From Nageia nagi (lineage: Eukaryota; Plantae; Pinophyta): a stretch of 64,000 nucleotides of DNA. The stretch lies in NCBI GenBank assembly GCA_050084985.1, contig JBITNC010000001.1:186930001-186994000 (forward strand), written 5' to 3'. Position numbers and translations under genes: made by a program. Below the pieces are notes generated by a model. It was not told the DNA's origin and made no database searches. It saw nothing but the letters and a program-made list of their open reading frames with translations. Shown one piece after another: positions 1 through 14,214 of the stretch (positions are counted from its first letter, which is position 1; every line of letters starts with the position of its first letter).

Positions 1-663
1 AACTCATCTAGCTTAATTTATTTATTTTAAGCTAAATAAATAAATAATATTTAATGTTAGAGATTACCATTCTTAATTATTAATTAACCTTAATTAATAA
101 TTAGGAAGTAATACATACACATTCACAAAAATACTTAAATACATATATTTAAATAATTAAGCTTTACCTTTTTCCCACCTAGTTAGTTCCCTTAATTATC
201 TTTACCCACTAATATTAATTATCAGAGGTCCTTAAATAATTATAATATTTTTAACTTAATTAAAGAACACAAGTAGGTAATCATAAACACATATCAACAA
301 ACCTAGGGAGCTTATCTTGCCCTATGCTACTATGTATGTATGCAACCACTTACCCAGCTATCCTAGTGTCTTGATCTTATTTTTGATCATGAGAATCACT
401 AGTACTTATTCATTTTCAAACCATTCAAAACTATCACACCTTCCATTACCTATTACCTGTGCATCACAAAACCATTTGCAGCAGTAATATGTACATAAAG
501 GTAGGATAAGTAATCATTATCCTTATCTAAGATTTTATAATGTTAAATAAATAAAAACATAACAAGCATTTTATTTAAATAACATATAGTCATTATCTCC
601 TCTTGCAATAAACCAAATCAAAATACACTAGGGGAAATCTAGGGCAGAATTTGGGTTGTGACA
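1..663 (-). mobile_element. Partial LTR (5' end of an LTR on the minus strand), gypsy-type
   Basis: The minus strand from 663 reads TGTCACAACCCAAATTC, a typical plant gypsy LTR start. The sequence is AT-rich, non-coding and abuts coding-like gypsy sequence. Confidence 0.45.
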
Positions 664-3260
664 ATACATGATTACACAAGTGGGAAACACCATCAATCCA
701 TATGAAAATGTAGAAATTCATGAAGAGGATAGTGAAGATGAATTTAGTGATAGCATGCAGTTATAAAAAGATATAGGCATTCATACATATATAGTTAGAT
801 ATGAGTTCACTAAATATGATATCAAAAAATTTGGTAAATCCAAAAATATGAAGAAGGATCAACACCCACTCTCACCCCAATTCTCATGCTAGCATCAATG
901 CCTATGCTTAGGTGAAGATGAGTGTATGCACCATCCTAACTGCTCTAGAGGTGATGAAGATATAATATGGGTCACAACTTTCATGAAGGTTAACAAGAAG
1001 ACATGGGCTATGTATTCTCATGCACCATCGATCCCACAATATAAAGGTAAAGGATTTAGAAAGAATGCTCCAGGGATCTAAGAATTACCTAAAGAAATGT
1101 TTGAATCTAATGAAGGAAAAGGAGAAATTAGATGTAAGAATAATAAGAAGAATATAATTTCCTACAATAATGATGCAAAATTAGATTTAGAGGCAAAAAA
1201 TTAGTCAGTAAATATGGTTGAGTTGATCTCAGGTAGCCCATAATAGGTCAAAGTAGCCAGAAAGGCTCATGCCTATGCTAGTAATAACACCCTTGCTAAA
1301 CTCAGTTCTCATGTGGAGAAAAAAAAATTATTTCCTCTTACCCCATGCTTGCCATGATAGTTTCTAGGTCTGTTGATGTGTTCAAAATGGATGATGCACT
1401 TTTGAACATAGTCAAGGCATGATCTAAGTTCAAATCATATCATCCAAAGAGATAAGGGAAGGTTGAATATCATCCTAATACATATTTTAGAGAGGAAATA
1501 GAGGACTTGATAGGTTCGTCCCTACTACACTAGCCTACTTTCATTTTTCCCAAATAGGGGTAGACTAGGTACTAGGATTATGTGTGTGTATGTGTGTTTA
1601 TAATATGATTTCTCTTATATAAAAACAAGATTGGAGGCACTACCTAGTACCTTATGATGAGATACCTTGGTTGAATGAACCTTCTCTAAAGATATACATT
1701 GGTACAAAGGAGGTGCCAAGAATAGTTTCAATTGAAATAAGATTTCCTAAGGATGAAAAATAATAATACAAAGAATTCCTTACAGAGTTCAAAGACATGT
1801 TTTCTTGGGAATACAATGATATTATAAGATTGGATCCTTCCTTTGTTACTCATAATTTAATTGTACATGAAGATACCAAACTAATAAAATAGAAATTAAT
1901 ACCTATGTATCCCAAGCACTCTCTCCTAGTCAAGAAAGAAATAGATAAGTATCACAAGGCTAGATTCATTTAACCTAGTGATTATTCACCTTGGTTATCT
2001 AACATTCTTCCTACTATGAAACTAAATGGGGAAATTAGATGTTGCATATATTTCAGATATTTTAACAAGACCTATCCAAAGGACAACTTTCCTTCACCAC
2101 ACATTAACATAATTATGGAATCAACTAGAGAACATGAGATGCTATCTTTTATGGATGTTTTTTAGGTTACAATCAAATCTGAAAAAAATAAAGAGGATTA
2201 GCATAAGATAACATTTGCTACACCTTAGGGGTACATTTTGTTGGGTATTCATCCCCTTTAGCTTGAAAAATGTAGGAGCCATATATTATATAGAAATGCT
2301 AACTATATTTCATAAAATTATTCATAAATCTATTGAAGTTTATGTTAATGATATTCTTGCTAAATATGAAATGAAGGAAAATCATTTAAAAGATTTAAGA
2401 GTCATCTTTGAAAGAATGAGTCAATACAATTTAAAGTTAAATCAAAAGAAGTATGTTTTTGGAGTATCTAGTGGCAAGTTGCTAGGATACACCATGTCTA
2501 GAAGAGGTATAGAAATTTATCCTAAAAATGTTAAACTAATAATGGAAATGCCTCCACCAAACAAAATCAAACAAATTAGAATTCTACAAGAAAAGCTACA
2601 AGTAGTCAAAAGGTTTATAGCATAGCTAACAGATAGGCAAATCATTTTTCCTACTTTCTTAAGAAGGAAAAATAATATGTTTGGTTAGAAGCATGTCAAA
2701 AAGCATTTTATGATCTCAAGAGGTATTTTCTTTGATGGTTACAAGTGCCTAGAAGGGGCTAGGGTAATTATTGTATTGGTATCTCCTAATGGTGGTATGA
2801 ATTCTATGGCTTACATGTTGCATTTTGAGTTTACTAACAATATGGTTGAATATGAAGATTTGGTATAAGGATTAAAGGTTTTAATCAATATTGGAATCAA
2901 AAAGTTATAGGTTTATGGTAATTCAACTTGTCATCACTCAAATAAATGATGTTTCCAATACAAAATATGAAAATTTCCAATCCATACAAGGATCTAGTCA
3001 TAATAATGATTCATAAATGCTTTGTACATATTCAATTTGAGAACACACCCAAAAATAATAATAGATGTGTGGATTCCATGGTTAATGCTTCTTCATTGAT
3101 ACCTATATCAGTTGAAGATGATGATATCATTATCAAAATCAATAATTTGAGACATAGCTCTTTTATAGATTATGATGACTACCAATGATTCTTTAAGAAA
3201 GAACCTCTCATATATACCATAATTCTAATTCATGAATGGTATGTCTATATCTTCAACTAC
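664..3260 (+). mobile_element. Degenerate Ty3/gypsy Tat/Ogre-type pol fragment (G-patch, RT, archaeal-type RNase H)
   Basis: G-patch-like YKGKGFRKNAPGI at about 1040-1080. RT motifs EFKDMFSW, PWLSNILP, PKDNFPSPHI, LSFMDVF.GYNQI, IPFSLKNVGA, VYVNDIL and FGVSSGKLLG. aRH-like FDG..GARVIIVLVSP and TNNMVEYEDL from 2731. Many stops and frameshifts. Confidence 0.85.
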
Positions 3261-3261
3261 A

Positions 3262-4988
3262 TTTTTTTATAATGGTAAAAAAAGAGGGTTTTATCAGATC
3301 CCACAATTGAACAAGGAAAATCCAAAATATGACTTAACTAATTACAGCAACCAATAGCCAAAATAATACATTATAACTTCAACCTAGCCTACTATATCTA
3401 TCTCCCAAAAACAAGTATAATATTATTACAAATAATATAAGCTATTCATTAAATAAATCAAATTGTTCATATATCTTTTATTGTTTCCCCTACCAGGAAC
3501 TATCTACAACATCCTTCTTGACTGAGCTCCATGTTCAAGCTTGATAAGTTTCTCTCTAGGTGGGCTTTTTCCATTCTACATACCATTCATTGCTACCTTC
3601 CATAAGTTCTCCTTCACCTGCTTTGCCTTCATCATTCCTATATTCATATTTGTAATATCTTTCTCCTAACAAGTTAGTTTATGCTTGTCCTCATCTTGAG
3701 TCTTATATCCCTTAGAAATTAGGGATAGCATGGGCCACATCGATCTCTTGTCTACATTATTACTCTTCCTATCTTCCCATGCCATTTAACCTAGCATCCA
3801 CCTTCCTAATACACACTATATCCTCATCATGATATGTGTTGAGTTCTCCACCTCATCATCCAACCTGTATGGTGGGGTCTCCAAGAAGAGGCTTTTTACT
3901 AGCACATCTATATCCTTGGCCCATGTAGAGTCCACCTTTAAGCAAGAATTGATATTCTTTGTTATTGCTTCTATAATTTTACTCAGTATATTGGTTGTTG
4001 GTAGGCTAAGATCTTGTAATACCCATTTATTTCTTTCATTATATATTGCTCAAATGGTATGTGGCACACTCATCTTCCAGGCCTGGGTAAGTTTTCTTCT
4101 TTCTCTATATAGGATCCATTATTTAACTAAATTAGCCAATTCTAATGGAATCACCCATTGTAATTTTAATTTATAACATAAAGCATCCCATATTTTTGAA
4201 GCTACGAAGTAGTGTAAGAATAAATGGTTAATCATTTATTCCATGTTTTACATATTATACACCTATATGGGAGAATCATCCCTCTTTTATTTAAATTCCC
4301 ATTTTTTAAAATTTCATTAAGAATTGCTTCCTAAATGAAATAGGAAATTTTTGGTACCAAGCTCAATGGATAGACCTTCCTCCATATTCCTAGCCTTGTA
4401 TCTTTTTTATTAGAGTTGAGCACCTTATATTTAGCCTTCACCAAATAGTTAGTCTTCACTCCTTTAATACCTATATCATACAACACATCCTCCTTCTCAT
4501 ATAGGATGAGTTTATACCTCATTACCTATATTCCTTACTTATTGTAGGTACATCTCTATCTCAATATTGGGTGATGAAGGGATGGTCCACTTAATATCCA
4601 ATTCACTCATGAATGTAATATATTGCTCTTCTACTAATATTAACCTTGTCCCATGTTGTAGCTAAGATGTAACCCTATTTTTATGTTAGGAAAATTGATG
4701 ATAGCCATAGATATTCCCAAATATTACTACATTACCCTTATTTATCTTCCACTTGGAATACTCCCATATATTTTCCCTAATATCAACCAACCCATTCCAA
4801 AATTTGGATCATTTTGGTGGCCTAGTGATATGTAAGAGGCTATTAGTTCCTTCCATATATTTTTCTTGGATAATACTAATCCAATAATTTACTAGCATGC
4901 ATATTACCTTCCAATCTATTTTCATTTGGAATGCTTTCTTAATCCATTCTATTTCTCTTAAACCTAGTCCCCCATGGCTTTTGGCTCT
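3262..4988 (-). mobile_element. 5'-truncated L1-type LINE (ORF2 C-terminus with zf-RVT) with poly(A)
   Basis: Minus strand PKSHGGLGLRE at about 4985-4950 and IWRKVYPLSLVPKISYF..RCIICKNME..NHLFLH (zf-RVT). The T-run at 3262-3268 is the poly(A), preceded by the 3' motif CTGATAAAACCCTCTTTTTT.ACCATTA. Confidence 0.8.
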
Positions 4989-4989
4989 T

Positions 4990-6600
4990 TAATTCGCTAG
5001 TTGGAAAATAGCTAATATAGAAAATAATTACACAATAACAAAATAAAAAATATTTACCAATGTATATGCTCTCAAAACCTTTTAACATTATTTATTTGCA
5101 ATAATTTTTATTTTCTTCATAGATCATGAAGCTCTACATTATCTTCATAAAAACTAGTTATCCATGGAAGAATTTGTTGCTAGTTACTATTATTATAAGA
5201 ATTCTAATTCAAAGTTATTATCAAACTAGGAAATCTAAACTCAATCTATGATATGCTATCAAGAATTAATTAATGAGAATACTTATAAAATTAATGATGC
5301 TTTACTAAGAGTGCATCTATTTAGAGTCAAACAATTCCTTACTGATTTGGAAGAAATAGTAGCTTTTTTGCTTTAGATCAATTCTTAGATAGATTATCAA
5401 CCAAAGAAAAATGGAAACTACTAATTAAATTAATACCATATACTCTTATCTTTGGAAAACAATATAAAATTGGTATGGATGAGGTAATCTATCATGTAGC
5501 AATTCCCCATGAACAAGAAGATATCCTCAAAGAAGCACACAATGGACTCATTGATGGACATTTCAATGGAAACTTCACTAGCAAGAAAGTTCTACAAGAT
5601 GGACTATGGTGGCCCACAATAAATTATGATGCCTACCTATATACCAAAAGTTATTATATCTACCAAATAATCAATCAACCTTCAATATGAGACAAGTTTC
5701 CCTTTCAACCATTCCTACCTTTACTCCTATTTGAGAAATAGAAAATTGATTTTATTGTCCCAATTTCCCTAATATGATGTAAATCTAGAGTATGATACAT
5801 TATTACAAGAGTAGAATTCCTTATTAGATCGGTAAATGTATTGAAAACTAAAGATTGGACAACTCAAATAATAACAAAATTTATCAATGAAAATATAAGT
5901 ACTCAGTTCGATACCTTAAAGAGATTGTAATGGTTAGGGGAAATATTTTATCAATCACAATATAAAATAATTACTTACCAAATTTATGATTCAACATGGA
6001 CGAATTTCACCATACCACCCATAAGAAAATGGTGCAATAAAGGTTGTAAATAAAATACTCAAAATGAATTTAATAAAAATATTTTTAGTAGGATGATTAG
6101 ATTGGGAAGAAAAACAACCAATAGTACTTTGGGCCTATAGAAAAACTTATAAAATATTGAATAAAATGATATCCTTTGATTTAGTATATGGGCTCAAAGT
6201 TGTAGTCCCTATTGAATTTCAAGTCCCATACTTACAAATTGTTACTACAACATGTCTATATGATCATTGATCTTTATAGGAATGATTACTTGCTCTCGAT
6301 CAATTGGATGAAATGTGATGGCTCATTTTTTACAACCATATTCAAGAAAAAAATTAATAGAAAGCATGGCATGATAGACACATCAAAAATTGATAATTCA
6401 AATAGGATGACTAATTCCTATTATACGATAACTACTACAAATATCGAGAAATAAAATTAAAAATTTGATGGCTAAGTCTGTATATAATACAAAATATAAA
6501 AGAAGAAGAAATAATGCAACTAAAAAAACTAGATGAGCAAATTTACTAATTATTTATCAATAATCTTAGATTAAATAAATATATACCCCATCAAGAATAA
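4990..6600 (+). mobile_element. Degenerate Athila-like Ty3/gypsy RNase H + integrase fragment
   Basis: FASWKIANIENNYT..YALKTF.HYL..IDHEALHYL (RNase H). ILKEAHNGLIDGHFNG..KVLQDGLWWPT (integrase zinc finger). SPYHP.ENG and VLWAYRKTYK..LVYGLKVVVPIEF (integrase core). Confidence 0.8.
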
Positions 6601-7613
6601 GGACCACTATAATAAACAAATTATTATATTGAATTTTGATCATAATATTAGTAAGTATAGAAATAATTAGCATAAATAAGGATGATATCTATAAGTAAAA
6701 ATATTCACCATAGATTTCTACTCCATTACATTTGCTATTGCTACAAAGACATATTAATTTGGGGAGATCTATTTACAAAAAACAAATTAGCTATATAAAA
6801 TTAGATATTAATGAAAAGTTTCTATCCATATACAAAATAAGGATAAAAAGGAACATTTAAAATAGAAACTATGCTATATATTCCACCATAACATCTAATC
6901 AGAAAATTCCAAATGGAATCAAAATTCACTCTCTATGAGAGTTATCACAAAGCCACAATAGATTTCTCTATATCCACCATGTCATGGGATAATAACTTTC
7001 GTTATACCACCAACCTAAGCATATTTTATATCTCACTATCATTAACTCCATATCCTTCACTCAACTACACCATCACTGCATCCATGTCCATAATCTTGAG
7101 CAAGCTCAAATCATAAGAAAATAAAAAATGCACACAATCATATGAAAACTTTACCAACCTATACACCAATTTATAGCCTTAACCATTAAAGTACAATTAA
7201 TTACAATGTTGATATATATTTTGGTATCACCTAGTGTTATATCCTAAATGAACTAAATACACATAAACATTTAAGTATATTTTATCTAAACTACTTAATT
7301 CAAATAAACATACATGAATACAATAGTGTAGTAATAGAATAATGAAATTAAATTGATATCAAGATTCAAACTAAGCTACACACACTAAATATAAAGGAAT
7401 CAAGTGAAACTCATGACCATAACATTTTCCATATTTTCAATCATTAAAAGTTATTTTTCAATTTAGCATTGCATACTCTAGACTGTTAGGCTCTTGGACT
7501 TATTATTTTTTGGCACTTCTTCTAGTCTAAATGAATCTTTTAAGGGTGTTTGGGTCATTCACATGATTTTTTCACTTTTTTTCAAATTGGTAGGAAATAA
7601 TACATTTAAGCAA

Positions 7614-8430
7614 ATGGTGAGGGGTACAAAGTGAGAGAAGTTTTTTCCAAATTCCTATCCAAGAAATTGATGATACGGAGATTTTTTCTAATCTTGATCT
7701 ATCATGGACTAAAGTTCATTACAAAGGAGGTAAGAAAGCTATGGTGGTAGTTATACCTATTGGAGGATTGGATGAATTCAAGAGAGGTTAAAAACATCAT
7801 ATAAATACCCAATGCACTTTTGTGTAGAAGAAAATGGTTACCAACATCCATGATGAAGCTAATGATAGCCACCCTCCAAATCTATCTGTATTAAAGAAAC
7901 ATGAAATATTAGTATAGTTTTTCTTTTTCATTTTGCATAAAATATACTTTTGATGTTGTAAAGTGTAATGCATTTATTAAATATTATATCATCATTGAAT
8001 TGTATTGATTGGTGCTCATAAGGGTATTAAGATAAGAAGGATACCCCATGTCCACCAAAAAGGATGAGGATTTTTAAACAAAAGAGAGGATGCTTATGTC
8101 ATTTTTTGGTAAGTTTATATCATCACCTTGTTGTTATTTCATTCATCACATATAATTTTTCAAACATGTGGATAAGGAAGGAGTGCCTTTTCATGGTGTT
8201 GAAGACCCATAAAACAATGGGAGGATAATGTATGCACCATATTTTTTTACCTAAAGTGGTATCATTTGTAGAGGAATTATTATCTATAGGTATATTTTAT
8301 GACCAAATAGTTGAATAGGATTACTTGAATCAATTGTTGGATGGGTTGCCAATAGATAGATATGAATTTATAATGAAGAAAGATATCCAAAATATACATT
8401 ATAAGCTTAAATAAGGTATAGTATGAAAAT
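7614..8430 (+). pseudogene. Mutator-like DDE/SWIM transposase-related gene (At4g13970/At1g60560-like), 5' part
   Basis: ATG at 7614. Translation FFQIPIQE..FSNLDLSWTKV..VIPIGGLDEFKRG..TQCTF, then an intron, then WCS..KRGCLCHFLV..KHVDKEGVPFHGVED..MYAPY..LLSIG. Cut at 8430 by an LTR element. Family match is from recalled motifs. Confidence 0.7.
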
Positions 8431-10208
8431 TGAAACATCCATCTAAATTCTACCTCAAAACTAGATAATTGTTTTTTATAAGTAAACATTGTTACATATG
8501 CATAAAATGATTTTGGCATTCCACAATTGAGTTTAATATAGTCACTATAGATGATCCTCAAGTGGATGAAAATGATTAGTTTCCATTTTCACCCAATTCA
8601 TGTGATAGCCTATTTTCATTAATGCATTTACCATTAATTTAATTTAACTAAGCACCCATGATTCAAACATATCCCATGATTGTCTCACCTATATCAATTG
8701 TGACCTTCAGGTTCTTCTCAGGGCCTATACACCTAAGAAGTGGCATGCTTTTCCCATCACTTCATGCTACCCCATGATAGTGATCTAATAGCTTATGATA
8801 AGTGGATCAAGTTATCATCACCTCTTGTGATGGAACTCAATATTAAATTTCACTACTATGATATTTAACTAATGTACTCTTGCTTGCCCATAATAAATGC
8901 AAGAGACCACCATTTTAACCCATAGTAACTATCTACCCATAACTCCCATATTTACTACCTTTCGTAAAATGATAACCTATTCATTTTCTTTGACTAGGTG
9001 TTTATCTTGGAGTTAGAACTAGCCTTGCATTTTCTATCTTAATTTCCTAACACCTATTGGTTAACTCCTATCCATTTACCTTCCATCTAAGTCTTTTATT
9101 TACTTAAATGAATAAAGTTTATGTCTAGATTTAAGTTATCATCTCAACTTGGATATTTAAATGTTGCTAAAATGTTAACTATGATGATAGAAATAAACAT
9201 GATTGTTCTCTAATATTTAATCTTACTTTTCATAAATCATGCTTATGCAAATAAAACTACACAAGTTAAATGCTAAAAATGAAATTCATTTATATAAGCC
9301 AACCATGCTTATAAAATTGAAATGAAAAGAACCTAATTTTGAATTTGTATAGAAATTCCAAAATCCAATATGAATCCTTGCTCCCAAGTTTCCTATTTCT
9401 TCCCAAAATACCAATAACTAAGAATATGACATGAAGCATGATAAATAGGAATAGAAAATGGCCATGAACAGTTACTCAACCCCCTTGAGGTGGTTTTCAC
9501 CTAAAACTTCCTGGAAGTTTCTCAATGGGAGAAAAATGCCAAAATGACCAAAAAAATATTTTCTTATGCTTTTTCCCCTTTTTTCATATTATTTTAAAAA
9601 TAACATATTTAATTAAATGCATATTAATGAACTATTAACTAGTTACCTTCAATGCATATGTTTAACTTTTTGCATAGCTTTTAAATCAAATGCAAGCTAA
9701 TTAACACTTGTTTTTCTTTATTACATTAAAATTATGCTAAATAAATAAATAAAATGCATTTATTTATACATTCATGTATTATATTTTATATTTTAAATTT
9801 GTAGATATGAAGTTGAGAACTAGGCTAGTCCATCATTCTAACTCAACAATGATCTTAAAAGCCAAAACATAATCCCATAACAACATTAATACTAAAAAAT
9901 AAACAAACATGTAGAACAAGGGAATAAGCACACAATAAGCTCATGAAACCTAAGTTAAAAAAATTCCCTTGTAGGCTAAAAATATCCAATCATCTCCTTA
10001 CAAATAGCAAAGTGGTTCACTTGTAGGACTACATTTTCTTGTATCACATGAAACCACAACAATATCAAACTTCTTTTGTATAATATCAAGATAAAAATAT
10101 ATACATAACATATGATATCAACTATTCAAAATTCAAGTATGCAATAACCTCATACTTCAAACATAATAATTGAATCATGTAAAAATGCAAAAAGTGAGGG
10201 TCATGACA
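8431..10208 (-). repeat. 3' LTR of the chromoviral element (1778 bp)
   Basis: Colinear with 16523-17866. Termini TGAAAC...TCATGACA; adjacent PPT. Confidence 0.9.
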
Positions 10209-10470
10209 TCCTTCCCCTCTTAAGAACAACATAGTCCTATGTGTTCTTATTATTTAATCATAAATAAGTACATAAAACATCAAATCAAATATGTAAATTA
10301 TTCCTTCATAACATCAACATATTTATATGTTTCAAAACACTCAAAGTATTGGTTCCAATGAACTTGACAATCCCTTATTTCTCTATTTCTTAACTTCTTG
10401 GTTCTAAAACCAAGAACTCTCACAAGAAGCACCTCATGGCTGCTGAATCTACCATCTGCAAGTTATAAAA

Positions 10471-11015
10471 TTCTAAAACATGCAAAGGATAATAAACATA
10501 TTTTATAAGAAAATATATATTAAAGACATCATGAATCTTTGATAATGTGGGTGGTAGGGAAAGCTTATAGGCAATTAGGCTTATCTTTCCTATAACTTCA
10601 AAATGCCTTACAGATCATGGATCTAATTTAGTAGATAGTATGGCACTTTTCATAGGTCTAAATCATAAGAATACTTTTTCTCCCACAAATAATTCTTGAT
10701 GAGTCCTTTTTAAATTATCATAACTACTTTGATCATAAATAAGTTAGCAAATTTCAAAACATGCAAAGGATCATAAACATATTTTGTAAGCAAATATATA
10801 TGAAAGACATCATGAATATTTGACAATGTGGGTGGTATGGAAAGCTTATAGGAAATTATAATTATCTTTATTATAAATTTAAAATGTCTTACAAATCATA
10901 GATTCAATTTAGTAGATATTATGGCACTTTTCATAGGTCAAACTTGTAAGAATATTTTGTCTCCCATAAAGAATTCTTAAGGAGTCCTTTTTAAATCAGC
11001 ATAACTCCTTTGATG
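10471..11015. repeat. Tandem duplication (2 x about 280 bp) within the integrase C-terminal region
   Basis: 10471-10735 and 10751-11015 align along their whole length (AAAACATGCAAAGGAT...ATAACT.CTTTGAT). Confidence 0.85.
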
Positions 11016-12778
11016 ATTAGATGCATCCTTAAGCCTTTTTCAAAGTATTTTAAATTGTTCATCCATTTCCCTTAGATGATTCAACTTGATAATTATTCAT
11101 TCCTCTAGACTAGCCCATGATAATGGAGTTCTACACTTCCTTCCATATAGCACCTCTAGATGTGTCATATCTAATGAAGAGTAATAGGACTTATTATAAG
11201 CAAACTCAACCAAGTACAAATATTATTTCCACTTGGTTTTATATTCCATATAATACATCTATAATATATCCTTAATGAACCTTTTGACTCATTCAGTTTG
11301 ACCATCCATATGAGGATGATAAGTTGAACTCATATTAAGTTTAGTTCCCACCACCTAATGTAGAGTTCTCCAAAACTGAGAAGTGAACTTAGGATCTCTA
11401 TTAGAGACATGAATTTAGGAAACCCATGTAACCAAATAATTTCTTTGATGAAATTATGTGCAACAATTGGTGCATCATTTGTAGTATTTATAGGAATAAA
11501 GTGAGCCACTTTAGTGAGATAGTCAATAATAACAAAAATGGCATCATGTTGAAATCTTCTTTTAGGTAAACCCACAATGAAATTTATTGATATTATTTTC
11601 CATTTTTATGCACAAATATCATGTGGTTAGTAAATTCCACCTATATGTTGGTGTTATGCCTTCACCTTTTTCCATTCTAGGTATCTAGTTACAAACTCAT
11701 TGACATCTCTCTTCATTCATCACCAATAAAAAGTATTTTTGAGATTTTATCTCATTTTTGCATCTTTTAGATGACCAGAAAGAGGTGATTGATGTGCTTC
11801 TTGCAAGATAATTTTTTTAAGACCTCTAGTATCTAGAGTAATAATCCTTCTCTCACAACACAAAAACCCATCTTTGTACTCATAATTTTTCACTAAAAAA
11901 TCAAATTTCTCCATCTTTTTATTGATCTTAAGATAATATCGATCATTACTTTGAGAATATTTCACTTGAACTAAAAATTCAAAGTGAATTTTATCTATAA
12001 ACATAACATGTATGTGTTTATTTAATGCATTTGTAACCTTATTTTCATGACCCTTAATATACATTATTCCAAATTCATATTTAGCCAAGAACTCTATCCA
12101 TCTTCTTTGATGAGCATTAATATCATTCTAAGTGAATGTATTTCAAACTATGATGATCTAACTTAAGTTCAAAAAGTTTTCCTAACAAATAATATCTCCA
12201 AACCTTAAGTATATGAACAATGGTATCCAAATATAAATCATACATAGCATAATCCATTTCATGAATCTTTAACTTTTGAGACTCAAATGCTATAGGCCTA
12301 TCATCCTAAGATAATACACCTCCCAATCCTAGCAAAGAAGCATCAGTGCAAAGTGTAAACCATGAAATATCTAAAAGGATTTGGTATAGAAATAATGGAT
12401 GTAGTTGTAACCTTATCTTTAATAATTTCAAATGCTTTATCACATTTTTTAGTCCACTTAAAAGTTTGATTCTTTTTTTTGGAGACTTGTAATAGGATTT
12501 ATTATTCTATAAAAATCCTTAACAAAGTGATGATAGTAACTAGAAAAATCTTTAACATTGGTTGGAGCAGGATGACTCATAATTTCTTCAATCTTTTTGG
12601 GATCTATAGACACACCTTCTACAAAAATTATAAAAAGTTGGTATTTTCTTAGTGCTTCCAACACATTCTTGAGATGATAATCATGTTCTTCCTTATTCAT
12701 ATAATAAATCAATATATCATCTAGGAACACTAAAAAAAATTCATCCAACTACTCATGAAAAATCTTGTTCTTGAGATT

Positions 12779-14214
12779 TGATATAATTGAAGGATTTTAT
12801 AAACCAATATCACCTTGACTCTTCTTCAACAAGTCTAACATTCATCTTTCTAGGAAAGAAATAATCAATCACACAAAAAATAACACATCATATATAGTGG
12901 TTCCTCCATTTCTTGGGAGTACATCCACTTTGAACCATTATTCTATTACTTCTCATAAGATAACTCTCCTACAAATTCTCAAGAATTTTTCTACAAAGCT
13001 CCTACAAAGAGCATCTCTACAAGACATGCATTACCATGCTTCATCAAGTTACATAATGAGAGGGGTACCTCTCTATTTATAAGAAGAAACTCACTTTTTA
13101 ACCTTCCTTTTACCAAGGTTAAAGTTAAAGGTGTTTCTATATTTATTCTCTTAATACTTTAAGGTATCTAAATATACTTTAAGCATTAATTGAATTTACA
13201 TTAAAGAGAAATATTACACAATATTAAATTATAAATTTTTTAATATATAAAATTTCATCAAATTTTTCATATATAAAAAAATTGCAAGCTTTTGTAACTT
13301 TATTTGTTACAAAAAACAATTATAACCTTTGTTAATATAGCAAGATAATATTTTAACTTTCTTGCTTAAAAATAACTTTTATTACAAAAATCATAAAATA
13401 GATTTTTGTAAGCTTTCAACTTAGTAAAAAAAATTATAAGCACTAATTTTGTTCAAGATCTTAGATTCTAATCATATACCATATGTTAGATATAACTTCA
13501 AATACTACTAACATGTTACTAACATAAAAATGTTAGATCTTAGTTAATCATTCTAGCATAAACATGTTACTATAAATATCAAATTTCAACTTCAAAATAA
13601 GAAATTGAAATATCTTAATCATTTAAATTTTAAATAAAAAATTGAAACAAGTTTAGAGGCTAGATATACCTTAAATTTGAGGAGAGTTACCTCAAACTTA
13701 TCAAGTAGAAATTTGAGGAGATTACCACAAGAATGGATTGGATACCACTTAATAGAATTGAAGGATTCTATAAACCAATATCACCTTGAAAATTCTCAAA
13801 TAAATATAGCATTCATCCTTCTACCAAAGCAATTATCAATCATATAAAAAATGACACATCATGTATAGTAGTTCCTCCATCTCTTAGGAGTACATCCACT
13901 TTGAACCATCATTCTATTACTTCTCACAAGATAAATCTCTTACAAATTCTCAATAATTATTCTACAAATATCCTACAAGAGCATCTCTATAAGATAAGCA
14001 TTACCATGTTTCATAAAGTTACATAATGAGAGGAGTACCTCTCTATTTTTAAGAAGAAACCCACCTTTTAACCTTCCTTTTACCCAAGGGTAAGGTTAAA
14101 GGTGTTTCCATATTTATTCTCTTAATACTTTAAAGTATCTAAATATATGATAAACATTAAGTGAATTTATATTAAAGAGAAATATTACACAATATTACAT
14201 TAAAATTTTCAACA
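12779..14214 (-). mobile_element. Non-autonomous small LTR element (TRIM-like) inserted in the gypsy RT
   Basis: Direct repeats 12779-about 13245 and 13750-14214 (about 465 bp). PBS remnant TGGTATC (gatacca 13741-13747). About 500 bp AT-rich non-coding interior. Removing it rejoins the RT motif APAVFMN|LKNKIFHE. Degenerate TSD AGATT/AAGTT. Confidence 0.8.
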
